A program made the position numbers and the translations under genes. Under the pieces are notes generated by a model. It was given only the letters and a program-made list of their open reading frames with translations, made no database searches and was not told where the DNA came from. From Anaeramoeba ignava BMAN (taxonomy: Eukaryota > Protista > Anaeramoebae), in the NCBI GenBank assembly GCA_028826165.1, contig JAPDFW010000140.1, positions 57,138 to 121,137 on the forward strand: a stretch of DNA of 64,000 bases. Reading direction: 5' to 3'. Shown piece after piece: positions 1 to 14,381 of the stretch; the stretch's first letter is position 1; each line of letters begins with the position of its first letter.

Positions 1-3000
1 ATCCTCCATTTCTGACTGCAAAATTTTCCCCCAATCAACAACCTCAAACTTCCCTTGTTTCAAAAATTTTGATTGATTTTCTTTCATTTTATAAATATTT
101 TCCATTCTTTTTGAATAATATTGCAATTTAATAAGAAAATCAGAAACTGAATCCTTTACAAATTTGTCTTGTCTCTCTTTTTCTCTTTGATATAATTGTT
201 GGAACTTAGATTTGATTTTTTCATTCTCTTCATTTTTTAGTTTTTGAATAGTTGGAATGATAGAATTTAATTTCTTTTTTTGAACCTTTTCAAATTTTGG
301 TGTTTCATTCACCATTTTAATAACTTTATTTATAAAACTTTCCAGTTTTTCAAATGTTTTGTTTGATTCCAAATTGTAAAATTGACTTCCAAGTTTCCTG
401 CAAATCTTAGCAATTTCTTCAACACTTTTCTCCATCAATTCTTCAAGACTAATTTTTAAAAGATCCTCAATTTCTTCTTTTGAATTATGCCTAATTTTCT
501 TCCAATTTTCCATATATTTTTCTGCAAAAATTGATTTATTATTTTGAAATCCAGTTCCATTTTCAGTCAATGGGAAAATATGCTTGTGAAGTTTTTGATA
601 AACTTTGATTTTTTCACTTGGATTGCCAATAAATTGGCCCCAAGGAAATTGCGTCAAAATTTTCTCGTGAATCTCAATAAAAGCGTCGATTGTATAAGCC
701 TCGATTCTATCACTACTATTTGTGATATCATCTTTATAACTTTGGTAATATCTTTTTCCACAATTATTAAAATTATAAGAGTAAACTAGATCACACCTTA
801 ATTTTCCCAAATCAATCGGTTCATTCAGAAAATTTGGGTCTGATAATTTCTTGATGAGATGAGTTGATAACGATTCCATCATGAAGCCTCGAAACTCAAG
901 AAATTTGATGTGATTTTGTTTCGAGTTATTAAACATTTTGGGTTGTGAATTTGAACGGAAAAATTCTGTTAAGTAATACAGATCAAATTGTGACATCAAA
1001 TCCAATTTGGGAACAGAAATAAAATCCAACTTCATAAACGAATTAAAAATGGATTCTGCAAAATTTTTTGGATAGTCCTTGTTTTTTGATTGAGATTGAA
1101 ATATTTTTTGAAAAAAAGTTTCTGTGCTCATCGATGCTTTTACTGGGGAATCATGATAAATCCACACAAGAGATGGAAAAAATCGGCTTAATCCTTGTTT
1201 TCTTTTATCTGTAATTGTAAAATGTTTCTCGTCCATTAAATTTGATAATGAAGATATAAAATCCAAATTTGGTTCTTCTTGATACTTCAAATTGACACAA
1301 ATTATTGTGCTCAATGAAACTAAAAGTGTTGCTATTTGCTTTTTTTGGACTTCAGTGTGATTCTTGTTTCCAAATCCTATTCCATTTAGGAAAACAAATG
1401 TTTCTATATGATCCTCAACTACTAAATCAAATGTTTTTTCATAAATCCAAATCTCAAATGTGTTATCTTCATCAAGAATAATTTGATTTGAATTAATTTC
1501 TGCTCCAAAAATCTGGTCAAGAATTTGGAAATTTACTAAAAAAATATTTTAAAATTAAATTTAAATTTAAAATTAAATTTAAAAATTATTTAAAAATTAA
1601 ATTGTACAATATTGATTTTCTCCGATCATCATCACAAAATGAACTGGATGTGAAATTTTTCCAATAATATCAACCTCTTTTTCGTTGTCAACAATTAATT
1701 TTTCATCTAATCCCAACTCAAACAACAGGTATCTTTCGTAAGATGATTTAGAAATCTTCTCTTTCGTAAAAGAATTGGTTTTTTCTTTGATTTTCGAATA
1801 TTGCTCCATTTCTTCATCAATTTTTTTGATTTGCTCATTAAAAAATTTTTTTTCTTTAATTAATTTTTCTTGTTCTTGCTTTAAATTATTCAATTCCTGG
1901 AAACCATCCAACTTTTTCATATCTTCTTCTTTTTTTTTTTCGGATTGAATTGTTTCCTCAAGAACTTCATTTTCTTTTGTTTTTGTTTTTAATCCTTCTT
2001 TTAAAGTATTAATTGAAGTTTTTAATTCTTGGATTTTGACTTCATTGGGATCTTTTTCGTCACTAACTTGCAAAAAAACTTGGTCCCATAATTCTTGGAA
2101 TTCTGTTTCGAAATTTAGATTTTGCTCATTCGACTTGGGAATTTTTAATTTTTGTTGATCTTTTAATTTTTGTTGATCTTTCAATTTTTGTTGATCTTCT
2201 AATTTTTGTTGATCTTCTAATTTTTGTTGATCTTCTAATTTTTGTTGATCTTCTAATTTTTGTTGATCTTCTAATTTTTGTTGATCTTCTAATTTTTGTT
2301 GATCTTCTAATTTTTGTTGATTCTTTTTATATTTCAATTCAAGTTCCTTCATTTCTTTTTCCATTTTTTCAAATTCTTCTTGGACTTTCTCAATCTTCTT
2401 TTTTTCCTTTTCAAAATCAGATTCAGAATCAGATTTCTTGGTATTTGCAACTTGGGGTGATTGCTTTATTTTCTTATCAATTTCTGCTAAACTCTCTTCA
2501 TTTGTTTTTACTTTCTGTTCAATTTCCGCAATTTGTTGACTTAAATTTCCTATTTTTTTGGATCTTTTTGTTTTTTCGATTGAAAATTTTTTTTTCCAAT
2601 TTTCTAAATCTTTTGCTTTTTGATTCAATAAATCTTCATTTTTTTTAACTAATTCTTGCAACTTGCTTTTCTCGATATTTTTTTGTTTGAATTGCGGATC
2701 AAGTTGTGGGGTATTTTGCATTGGCTTGATGTTTTTGAATTGGGGATTTTTTGAGTAAATTTGTTGAATAGATCTTTGTATCTGTGTGATTTGTTCTTGT
2801 AATTTTTGTGATGATTGTAGAAGATTTTGATACTCAATATTTTTTCTGCTTGATCTTATTTGAGGAGCTTTTGGATTTTTCTTTAATTCTTCAATTTCTT
2901 TCTGTACTTTTATTATTGTGTTATCGATTTGCTTTTTCTGTTGAATTTTTTCTTGTTTTTGATCCAATTTTGCGAAATAATTTTTTAGTTTTGGGTCATT

Positions 3001-4296
3001 TTGATTATATTGAATATTTTGGCTATTTTGATTATTTTGATTGTTTTTCTGTTTTAATTCTAAAATATTTTTCTCTAAATCTCCAATTTCTTTTTTCTTT
3101 TCTTCAATTTCTTGTTTTAATTTTTCCATTTCATCGCCTTCTTTTTTTATTTTTTCTTCTTCTTTAAATAAAAACGATTTAAAATTTTGTTCATTTTTTT
3201 GCTTTTCTTTGTGCATATTTGTCTTTTTTTGATTTAACTCATTGAGATCTTTTTCCGTTTTTTGGAATTCTTTTTGAAGATTCTTTTTTTCTTGCTGATT
3301 TAATGCTTCTCCTTTTTTTTCTTTTTGTTTTGATTTTTCTAATTGTTTTTGCAGTTCTTTTGCATTTGCTTTTTGTTCTTGAAGTGTTTTGGCTTTATTT
3401 TTTAGTTCTAAATCCAAATTTTCCATTTTTGTCTTCAGAGTTTGAGATTCTTGGTTTAATTTCTGTAATTTCTGTTGATTTTGTTGATTTTGTTGATGCT
3501 TTTTATTCAAATCATTTTCTAATTGATTGAAATTTTTTTCCACTTTTTCCTCTTTGTTTACAAATGAGATTTGTTTTAATTTTTGGAATTTCTTTTGAAA
3601 TTGTTTTATATCTTGATTAATTTTAGCTGATTCACTTTTATTATTTTTTGCTTTTAATTCCAATCGATTCAAAAGATTTTGGAGTTCTTCAATTTTTTCA
3701 TCTTTTAAAATTTCATTCAATTCATCTTTTATTTTTTGGAGGTTTTTTTCAATTTTTTGGATTTCCTTTTCTTTTAATTCAATTTCTTGATTATTTTTAT
3801 TTTTTAATGAACCAAGATTTTGGAATTTTGATCCTAATTTTTGATATTCTTGATTAATTTTGTTTTTTTCTTTTAAATCTTTCTCTAAAGAAGTTTTAAT
3901 TGTTTGAATTTGTGAATTTAATTCTAAGTTTTGCTTTTTTTCTTCTTCCAATATTTTATTTTCCGTTATTATTTTTGCTTTTAATTCTCCAATTTGACTT
4001 TCCAAATGCTGAATTATTGTTTTCAATGAATTAATATTTACTTCTTCTTTTTCTTTTTTTTCTTTTTCTTCTTTATGTTTTCCGGCAATTTCTTGCAATT
4101 TTTCTTGTTCTTTTTCAAATTCTTTTTCTTTTTCCTTTAATTTTTTATCTAATTCTGTATTTTCTTTCTGAATATTTTCGAGTTTTTCTTGAAATCTTTC
4201 ATTTTCTTCAACTCTCTTTAAATTTCGGACAAGTTCTTTTTGTTTTTCAATTTCTTTTAGAAATTTTTCTAATATTTGAATTTTATTATTTGACAT
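1..4296 (-). CDS. Long N-terminal coiled-coil protein with a C-terminal degenerate guanylate-binding-protein (GBP/atlastin-like) domain; 3' end runs off the window
   Basis: ORF 4296-1608, then GT-AG intron 1607-1536 (GTACAA...TTAG), then an open frame from 1535 to the window edge. The spliced product has GBP-like segments in GBP order: KLIVDNEKEVDIIGKISHPVHFVMMIG, FEIWIY, FVFLNGIGFG, IATLLVSLSTIICVN, FFPSLVWIYHD. Confidence 0.7.
2146..2320 (-). repeat. 21-bp coding tandem repeat (QKLEDQQ, about 8-9 copies)
   Basis: Repeated TTTTTGTTGATCTTCTAA-type unit; translates as QQKLED in the coiled-coil ORF. Confidence 0.9.
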
Positions 4297-4311
4297 TTAT
4301 TTGTAAAAAAA

Positions 4312-4460
4312 AAATGAAAAGTGGAATTAAAAATTATTTTTTTTTTCCTTTTTTTAATTATTTTTTTTTTCTCCTTTTGTTTTTTTTCATTTTTTTCAAA
4401 TTTCCGATTTTTCATTTTTCATTTTTCATTTTTTTCATTTTTTTCATTTTTTTTTTTCAA
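4312..4460. promoter_or_regulatory. Divergent promoter with tandem sense-strand TCATTTT initiator-like motifs (example of a window-wide pattern)
   Basis: AAAATGA sits next to the minus-strand ATG at 4296, and several TCATTTT copies precede the plus-strand ATG at 4461. Confidence 0.55.
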
Positions 4461-5776
4461 ATGTGTGATGAAGAAGATTGTGAAGGTTGTCCTTCTTGGA
4501 TTTTAGATATTCTTTATTGGCTTCCTCCAATTATATTAATTTTACTTGTTGTTTTAACTTATTATCCTTTAGTTGAAACTGATAAATTAATTACACAACA
4601 TCATTATTTAACAGGAACAATTTTAAATATTTTATATCATTTTTTTCTTTTTATGTATTTGATTACATTAATATTATCAGTTTTAACAAATCCAGGTGAT
4701 TCAAGAAAAATAACAAAATCAATTGTACATTTTAATTTTAATTTCAAATATAATTTTAATTTCAAATATAATTTTAATATTAATTTTAAATATAATTTTA
4801 ATATTAATTTTAATTTTAATTTTAATTTTAATTTTAATTTTATAATTTTAAAAGGATATTGAAAATGGAATTATTGGTGAAAAAAGATTTTGTAAAGTTT
4901 GTAATATTTATAAGCCAAATAGAGCTCATCATTGTTCTATTTGTAAACGATGTGTTTTAAAAATGGATCATCATGTAAATTTTTTAATTTTAATTTTAAT
5001 TTTAATTTTAATTTTAATTTTAATTTAATTTTAATTTTAATTTTAATTTTAATTTTAATTTTAATTTTAAATTTGATTTTAATTTTGATTTTAATTTAAA
5101 TTTTAATTTTAATTTTAATTTTTAATTTTAATTTTAATTTTTAATTTTGATTTTAATTTTAATTTTAATTTTAATTTTAATTTTGATTTTAATTTTTTAT
5201 CCGATTTTAAATTTTATAATTAGTGTCCTTGGATTTCAAATTGTGTTGGATTTTTCAATTATAAATATTTTATTTTATTCCTTATTTATTCATTTTTAAT
5301 TTCAGCAACTGCAGCAACTATTGTTATAATTTCATTTTTCATGCCACAAAATGATGAAATTTCACCTTTAGTATAATCTAATTAATTTTAATTTTAATTT
5401 TAATTTTAATATTAATTTTAATTTTAATTTTAATTTTAATATTAATTTTAATTTGAATTTTATAAATGAATTTTATAAATGAATTTTAATTTAATTTAAA
5501 TTGTAAAAGATAATTATTGGATCTGTTATTGCTATGATTATAGGATTTTCTTTTGTTATTACTTTAATTCCTTTTATTGCATATCATTTAGCACTTCTTG
5601 CAGAAAATATGACAACAATAGAAGATTCAAAAACAAAAAAAGATAATGAAAAACATATTTGGGATTTAGGATTAAAAAATAATCTTAAACAAGTTTTAGG
5701 TGAAAATTATCTTTTATGGTTTTTACCAACTTATATTTCTGTTAAAGGAGATGGTTTTAATTTTGAACATCGTTAA
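4461..5776 (+). CDS. DHHC-type palmitoyltransferase, 4 exons (4461-4724, 4855-4974, 5224-5370, 5510-5776)
   Basis: Spliced frame gives [30 protein letters not shown]|[16 protein letters not shown], the NMTTIE motif and [14 protein letters not shown]. All introns are GT-AG and in phase. Confidence 0.95.
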
Positions 5777-5900
5777 AATAGATTATTTTCCGTTTTTTTT
5801 TTTTAAAGAAATTTTAATCAAATAAACTTTTTTTTTTAATTTAAATTTTTTTTTTCATTTTTTTTTCATTTTTTTTCTTTTTTGTTATTTTTTTTATTAA

Positions 5901-8900
5901 ATGAAAAATCAACTTTTATTTTTTTCTATTTTTATTTTTTTAATTTCTCAAACAATTTTCCAAAATAAACAAAATAAATTTTCAAATCAAATTTCAAATC
6001 AAATTCAAAAAGAATTTATTGTTTCTTTTAATGAATATAAACCTATTGATTATTGGAACTCTTACATTTATAAAATTATTAAAAATTTAAAAGGTTGTGA
6101 AATTGTAAATCGAAATTCACTAGCAATTCAATATCCAACTGATTTTATACTTATTAGAGTAAAAAAATTTAATTTTAATTTAATTTTAATTTTAATTTTA
6201 ATTTTAATTTAAATTTTAATTTTAATTTTAATTTAAAAATGAATTTGGAAATGAATTTGAAAATTAAAGATAAATTTAGAAAAAAAAGAAGAAATTTTTC
6301 AAAAATTTGAAAAAAATAAACAAATTCGATCAATTTCTGAAAACAAAGAAATCAAACAACAAATACAATCAATAACAGAAGAAATTGAAGAAGAAGAAAA
6401 TGAAGAAGAAAAATTTATTAGTATCAATAAAAGATCTCATACAAAATTTTCATTTGAAGGAGATGATTTAGAAGAAGAATTAGAAAATGAAGAAAAAAAA
6501 AACGAACGAATAAATCAAAGAAAAATATTGAAGAATAAAAACAACAAGGATGCAGCTTCACTTTTTAACGCCCCAGAAATCTGGGATCTTGGAGTAACAG
6601 GAGCCGGTATTAAAGTAGCTATTTTGGATACTGGATTATCAGAAAAACATCCACATTTTAAAAATATTATTGAAATTGTTGATTGGACTAATGAAAAAAT
6701 TACAAAAGATCAATTGGGTCATGGCACTTTTGTTTCTAGTTTAATCGCAGGTAAAGGTACTGATTGTAGAGGTTTGGCTCCTGATGCTGAAATTTATGTT
6801 TTTAGAGTTTTTACAAAGAATCATCGTAAATTATTCAAATCAAATTTAAATTAAATTTAAATCAAATTTAAATCAAATTTAAATCAAATCAAATCAAATT
6901 TAAATCAAATTTAAATCAAATTAAATCAAAATTAAATCAAATTTAAATCAAATTAAATCAAATCAAATTCAAATTAAATCAAATTTAAATCAAATTCAAA
7001 TCAAATTAAATCAAATCAAATTCAAATCAAATCAAATTTAAATCAAATTTAAATCAAATTTAAATCAAAATTAAATCAAATTCAAATCAAATTCAATCAA
7101 ATTTAAATCAAATTCAAATCAAATTTAAATCAAATTTAAATCAAATTTAAATCAAATTTAAATCAAATTTAAATCAAATTTAAATCAAATTTAAATCAAA
7201 TTTAAATCAAATTTAAATCAAATTCAAATCAAATTTAAATCAAATTTAAATCAAATTTAAATCAAATTTAAATCAAATTTAAATCAAATTTAAATCAAAT
7301 TTAAATCAAATTTAAATCAAATTTAAATCAAATTTAAATCAAATTTAAATCAAATTTAAATCAAATTTAAATCAAATTTAAATCAAATTTAAATCAAATT
7401 TAAATCAAATTTAAATCAAATTTAAATCAAATTTAAATCAAATTTAAATCAAATTTAAATCAAATTTAAATCAAATTTAAATCAAATTTAAATCAAATTT
7501 AAATCAAAATTTAAATCAAATTTAAATCAAATTTAAATCAAATTTAAATCAAATTTAAATCAAATTTAAATCAAATTTAAATCAAATTTAAATCAAATTT
7601 AAATCAAATTCAAATCAAAATCAAATCAAATTTAAATCAAATTTAAATCAAATCCAATTCAATTTTAAATCAAATTTAAATCAAATTTAAATCAAATTCA
7701 AATCAAATTCAAATCAAATTTAAATCAAATTTAAATCAAATTTAAATCAAATTTAAATCAAATTCAAATCAAATTTAAATCAAATTTAAATCAAATTTAA
7801 ATCAAATTTAAATCAAATTTAAATCAAATTTAAATCAAAATTAAATCAAATTTAAATCAAATTTAAATCAAATTTAAATCAAATTTAAATCAAATTTAAA
7901 TCAAATTTAAATCAAATTTAAATCAAATTTAAATCAAATTTAAATCAAAATTAAATCAAATCAAATTAAAATCAAATCAAAATTAAATCAAAATTAAATC
8001 AAATTTAAATCAAAATTAAAATCAAAATTAAATCAAAATTAAAAATAAAAACATAGTTTCTTATACATCATGGTTTCTTGATGCTTTTAATTATGCTATT
8101 TACAAGAAAATTCATATTTTAAATTTGAGTATTGGAGGTCCTGACTATAATGATTTACCATTTGTAGATAAAGTGAATGAAGCAACTTCAAATGGAATTA
8201 CTATTATATCTGCAATTGGAAATGATGGTCCAATTTATGGAACTCTTAATAATCCTGGTGATCAAATGGATGTAATTGGTGTTAGTGCAATAACTGAAAA
8301 TGATGAAATTTGTGATTTTTCTAGTCGTGGAATGTCAACTTGGGAACTTCCTTATGGTACTTTATACTTTGTTTCAATCAAATCAAATCTAAATTTAAAT
8401 CAAAATTCAAATCAAAATTAAATCAAATTTAAATCAAATTTAAATCAAATTCAAATCAAAATTAAATCAAATTTAAATCAAAATTAAATCAAAATTAAAT
8501 CAAAATTAAATCAAATTTAAATCAAATTCAAACCAAATTTAAATCAAAATTTAAATCAAATTTAAATCAAAATTTAAATCAAATTTAAATCAAAATTTAA
8601 ATCAAATTTAAATTAAATTTAAATCAAATTCAAATCAAATTTAAATCAAATTTAAATCAAATTTAAATCAAATTTAAATCAAATTTAAATCAAATTTAAA
8701 TCAAATTCAAATCAAATTTAAATCAAATTTAAATCAAATTTAAATCAAATTTAAATCAAATTTAAATCAAAATTAAATCAAATTTAAATCAAATTTAAAT
8801 CAAATTTAAATCAAATTTAAATCAAATTTAAATCAAATTTAAATCAAATTTAAATAAAATTTAAATCAAATTTAAATCAAATTAAATTTAAATCAAATTT

Positions 8901-11831
8901 AAATCAAATTTAAATCAAATTTAAATCAAAATTAAATCAAAATTCAAATCAAATTTAAATCAAATTTAAATCAAATTTAAATCAAAATTAAATCAAATTC
9001 AAATCAAATTTAAATCAAATTTAAATCAAATTTAAATCAAATTTAAATCAAATTTAAATCAAATTTAAATCAAATTTAAATCAAATTTAAATCAAATTTA
9101 AATAAAATTTAAATCAAATATTTTAAATCAAGGTTTTTGAAATTTTCAAATCAAATTTAAAATCAAATTCAAATCAAAATTAAATCAAATTTAAATCAAA
9201 TTCAATTCAAATTCAAATCAAATTTAAATCAAATTCAAATCAAATTCAAATCAAATTTAAATTTAATTTAAATCAAATTTAAATTTATTTTTAAAATCAA
9301 ATTTAAATAAAATTTAAATCAAATTTAAAATCAAAATTCAAATCAAAATTAAATATTCATTATTTATTTTTAAATTTAAAATTAAATTTATTATTTAATA
9401 TTTATTATTTATTATTTTTAATTTGGAAAGTGTAGAACTCTTTCTGGAACATCTGTTGCTTCACCAATTGTTGCAGGTTCAGCTGCTTTATTAGCAAGTG
9501 CAATGAAAAATGATATCAATCGTTATACTGTTAATCCTGGTATTTTAAAGCAAGTATTACTTGAAGGTGCTTCTTTAATTAAATTTCCACAATATGATTC
9601 TATATTAACAGATGGTTTTGCATTAAAAGATGGAATTGATTTCTCTTCAAATATTTTTGAACAAGGTTTTTTTTTGAATATTTTCAAATCAAATTCAAAT
9701 CAAATTTAATATTTAATATTTAATATTTAATATTTATTATTTAATATTTAATATTTAATATTTAATATTTATTATTTAATATTTAATATTTAATATTTAA
9801 TATTTATTATTTAATATTTAATATTTAATATTTATTATTTAATATTTAATATTTAATATTTATTATTTATTATTTATTATTTAATTTTTATTTATTTTTA
9901 TTATTTAATATTAAAAAAAAAGGAGCGGGAAAAATTAATTTAATCAATTCACTCAAACTTATTCAAGATTATGAACCACATGCAAGTATTTTTCCATCCG
10001 AAATTGATCTTACAAATTGTCCCTATTTCTGGCCATATTGCACACAACCATTATATTATTCAACACAACCTATAGCATTGAATTTAACAATAGTAAATGG
10101 GATGAATGTAGTTGGATTCATTTCGGAAAAACCAATTTTCAAACAGACATCAATAGAAATATTAAGTGGTGATGAACCTCTTCAAAATTCTGATTTAGTC
10201 TCACTATATTTTCATTATCCTGAAACAATATGGCCTTATTCAGGTTATTTCACTATTTTTATTCATGTTAAATCTTCTGCTCAACATTTTCATGGCTTTG
10301 TTTATGGTGAAGTTTCTTTTACAGTTAATTCTCCTGCAGATAAATTCTCAGAAATTGTTATCCCAATAAAATTGGAAATTATTCCCACTCCTTCTCGTAA
10401 TATGAGGATTTTATGGGATCAATTCCATAATATTAATTATCCATCTGGGTTTTTTCCAAGAGATGATCTTTCAGTGAAGGTAAATCAATATTATTAAATA
10501 TTAAATAAATATAAATATTAAAAATATTAAATATTAAATCAAAAATAATAAATAAAAATATTAAATATTAAATAAAAATTAAATAATAAATATTAAATAA
10601 TAAATAATAAATATTAAATATAAATATTAAATAATAAATAATAAATATTAAATATTAAATATTAAATATTATTAAATAAATATTAAATATTAAATATTAA
10701 ATAATAAATAATAATATTAAATATTAAATAATAAATAATAATATTAAATAAATATTAAATATTAAATATTAAATAATAAATATTAATAAATAGAATGATG
10801 CACTTGATTGGAGAGGAGACCATATCCACACAAACTTCCGAAAAATGTATCATTACTTACGAAAAAAAGGATATTTCATTGAAGTTCTATCGAATCCATT
10901 AACATGTTTCGAAGCAAAAAACTACGGAACATTATTAATAGTAGATAGTGAAGAAGAATTTTTCAAGGAAGAAATAAAGAAGATTGAAAAGGATATTTCT
11001 GAAGAAGATTTATCAATAATAATTTTCAGCGAATGGTACAATTTGGAAACAATTGAGGGGTTAATATTCACAGACAAAAACACGGACACACGATGGATCC
11101 CTGCAACAGGAGGAGCGAACATACCAGCATTAAACGAACTACTTGAAAGCTATGGAATCAAGTTTGGAGATCATATAATTTCGGGTGAATTTAGTATTTC
11201 CGGCGAAAGTGTAAAAATATCATCAGGAACAAGTATTTCTCAATTTCCTCAATCAGGAAAACTACTTTTTTCACTTGTCAAAGATGACACTACAAAAACT
11301 CTCGAAAGAGAGGCCTTATTAGGAATTTATGACCCGCCTCAGTCAAAAGGCTCCATTGTCGTTTTCGGTGATTCTTCTTGTCTTGATGAAACTAATACTC
11401 CCGATAAATTTCTTTGTTTCCAATTCTTGGATTTCCTTCTGAAATACACTTCTACTAAAAAATTGTCTTCTGTTCTTGAAGTCAAAATGGAGACGTTGGA
11501 AAATCCCTATTTCTCATTAAGGGTCAATCCCCCTTTTCGTCGTGATTTTTCTCAACTTTATCAATTTTCTAATGTTCTTTCTAAAAAAATTCCTCTTTGT
11601 ATTTTTCCTGAAGATCCCTTTGCTAATTTCCAACGCGCTAATAATCTTCGTCATAATCAAGAGGAAAATCATCTTATTCATTCTCGTTCTACTCGTTTTT
11701 CTAATTCTTCTTTGATATTCCCTATTTCCCTTATTTTCTTTACTTTGGCTTTTTTCATTTATTATTTTGGAACAAGAAAATCTTCTGCTGTTAATCCTTC
11801 AAATCTTGAAAATAAAACACATCTTGTTTAA
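5901..11831 (+). CDS. MBTPS1: Site-1 protease (SKI-1/S1P subtilase) with signal peptide and C-terminal TM; exons about 5901-6158, 6270-6825, 8057-8356, [segment missing], 9431-9665, 9923-10479, 10794-11831
   Basis: Catalytic motifs [21 protein letters not shown] and [13 protein letters not shown]1P-specific segments [42 protein letters not shown] and [12 protein letters not shown]. Confidence 0.93.
6826..8056 (+). repeat. Intronic 11-bp satellite (AAATCAAATTT)n in S1P intron 2
   Basis: About 1.2 kb of a near-perfect 11-mer between GTAAAT and CATAG. Confidence 0.95.
8380..9350 (+). repeat. Intronic 11-bp satellite (AAATCAAATTT)n in S1P intron 3
   Basis: Same unit as in intron 2. Confidence 0.9.
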
Positions 11832-11839
11832 GAATTCTT

Positions 11840-13580
11840 TTATATCAATTTTAAATAAATTTTAAATCAATTTTATATCAATTTTAAACCAAATTTAAAT
11901 AAATTTTAAATCAATTTTAAATCAATTTTAAATCAATTTTAAATCAATTTTAAATCAATTTTAAATCAATTTTAAATCAATTTTAAATCAATTTTATATA
12001 AATTTTATATCAATTTTATATCAATTTTATATTAATTTTAAATCAATTTTAAATAAATTATAAATCAATTTTAAATCAATTTTAAATCAATTTTATATCA
12101 ATTTTATATCAATTTTATATTAATTTTAAATCAATTTTATATTAATTTTAAATCAATTTTAAATCAATTTTAAATCAATTTTAAATCAATTTTAAATCAA
12201 TTTTATATTAATTTTATATCAATTTTATATCAATTTTTATATCAATTTTAAATCAATTTTAAATCAATTTTATATCAGTTTTTATATCAATTTTAAATCA
12301 ATTTTTATATCAATTTTAAATCAATTTTATATCAATTTTAAATCAATTTTATATCAGTTTTATATCAATTTTAAATCAATTTTAAATCAATTTTATATTA
12401 ATTTTAAATCAATTTTAAATCAATTTTAAATCAATTTTATATTAATTTTAAATCAATTTTAAATCAATTTTATATTAATTTTTAAATTAATTTTATATCA
12501 ATTTTATATTAATTTTATATTAATTTTAAATCAATTTTATATTAATTTTATATTAATTTTAAATTAATTTTAAATCAATTTTATATCAATTTTATATTAA
12601 TTTTTAAATCAATTTTAAATCAATTTTAAATCAATTTTAAATAAATTTTTATATCAATTTTATATCAATTTTAAATTAATTTTATATTAATTTTATATCA
12701 ATTTTTAAATCAATTTTAAATCAATTTTATATTAATTTTATATCAATTTTTAAATCAATTTTAAATCAATTTTAAATCAATTTTATATTAATTTTAAATC
12801 AATTTTATATCAATTTTTATATTAATTTTATATTAATTTTTAAATCAATTTTAAATCAATTTTATATTAATTTTAAATCAATTTTATATCAATTTTAAAT
12901 CAATTTTAAATCAATTTTATATCAATTTTATATCAATTTTTATATTAATTTTAAATCAATTTTATATCAATTTTATATCAATTTTATATCAATTTTATAT
13001 TAATTTTATATTAATTTTATATAAATTTTAAATCAATTTTTATATTAATTTTATATTAATTTTTATATCAATTTTAAATCAATTTTATATAAATTTTAAA
13101 TCAATTTTAAATCAATTTTATATTAATTTTAAATCAATTTTATATCAATTTTATATTAATTTTAAATCAATTTTAAATCAATTTTAAATCAATTTTATAT
13201 TAATTTTAAATCAATTTTAAATCAATTTTTAAATAAATTTTAAATAAATTTTATATTAATTTTAAATCAATTTTATATCAATTTTATATCAATTTTAAAT
13301 CAATTTTAAATCAATTTTAAATCAATTTTATATTAATTTTAAATCAATTTTATATCAATTTTAAATCAATTTTATATCAATTTTAAATCAATTTTAAATC
13401 AATTTTATATCAATTTTAAATCAATTTTAAATCAATTTAAAATCAATTTTAATTCAATTTTAAATCAATTTTATATCAATTTTAAATCAATTTTAAATCA
13501 ATTTTAAATCAATTTTATATTAATTTTATATTAATTTTAAATTAATTTTAAATTAATTTTAAATAAATTTTATATCAATT
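11840..13580. repeat. Intergenic 11-bp satellite (ATCAATTTTAA/ATCAATTTTAT)n between convergent S1P and PHF5A
   Basis: Direct inspection. Confidence 0.95.
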
Positions 13581-13700
13581 TGGGTTTGAAATTTTATTCA
13601 TATTCATCATCTTCATATTCTTCTTTTTGAAGATGAAATTTTTATGAAAAAAAAACTCTTTGAATTTTAAATTAAAGTTTCTTTGAAAATAATATATTTA

Positions 13701-14381
13701 TTAATAACGATATTTCTTTTGTTCATAATAATCATCAGCTCTAGCAGCACCTAAATTAACAATTCTTGGACAACCATCTCTCTAAAAAATAATTGAAAAA
13801 ATTAATTGAAAAATAATTGAGAAAAATAATTAAAAAATAATTGAAAAAATTAATTGAAAAAATTAATTGAAAAATATAATTGAAAAAATTAATTAAAAAA
13901 TTTAATTGAAAAATTAATTGAAAAATTTTTTTCCGTTTTTTTCTTTTTTTACATCTTTTCCTTGGAGAACACATTGTTTACAATAATAAGCATCAGAAAC
14001 TCCAGCTCCTCCACAAATAATGCATTTACCTTGATTACTTCCATAACTACATTCATCACAAATTCTAACAAGTTTTGTTGGATTTACATATGAATCACAA
14101 ATAGGACATCTTCCATCACCTATTTTTATTATAATTTATTTGTATTTTAATTAGAATTGTATTTGGTTTTGATTTTAATTTTTCTTTATTTACATTTTTC
14201 ACAAAGTTTTCCAACTGCAATTCCTGGTAATTTTCGACACATTATCAAATCAGGATCTAATATTAAAATTAAAAATAAAAATAAAATTTAATATTAAAAT
14301 TAAAATTAAAATTCAATTTAAAATTAATAAATAAAATTAATATTAAAATTAGAATTAAAACTTACGATGTTTTGCTGCCAT
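13701..14381 (-). CDS. PHF5A: PHF5A/Rds3 SF3b splicing factor, 4 exons (14381-14366, 14256-14194, 14119-13954, 13781-13701)
   Basis: Spliced product [38 protein letters not shown]...ICDECSYG...[11 protein letters not shown]...[12 protein letters not shown] matches the PHF5A triple zinc-finger pattern. Confidence 0.97.

Noticed and set aside
9132-9135. AG|GT zero-length (recursive) splice site in the S1P intron
   Set aside because: It lies in a stretch that looks like a garbled copy of the 9660 exon end, so it is probably an assembly artefact.
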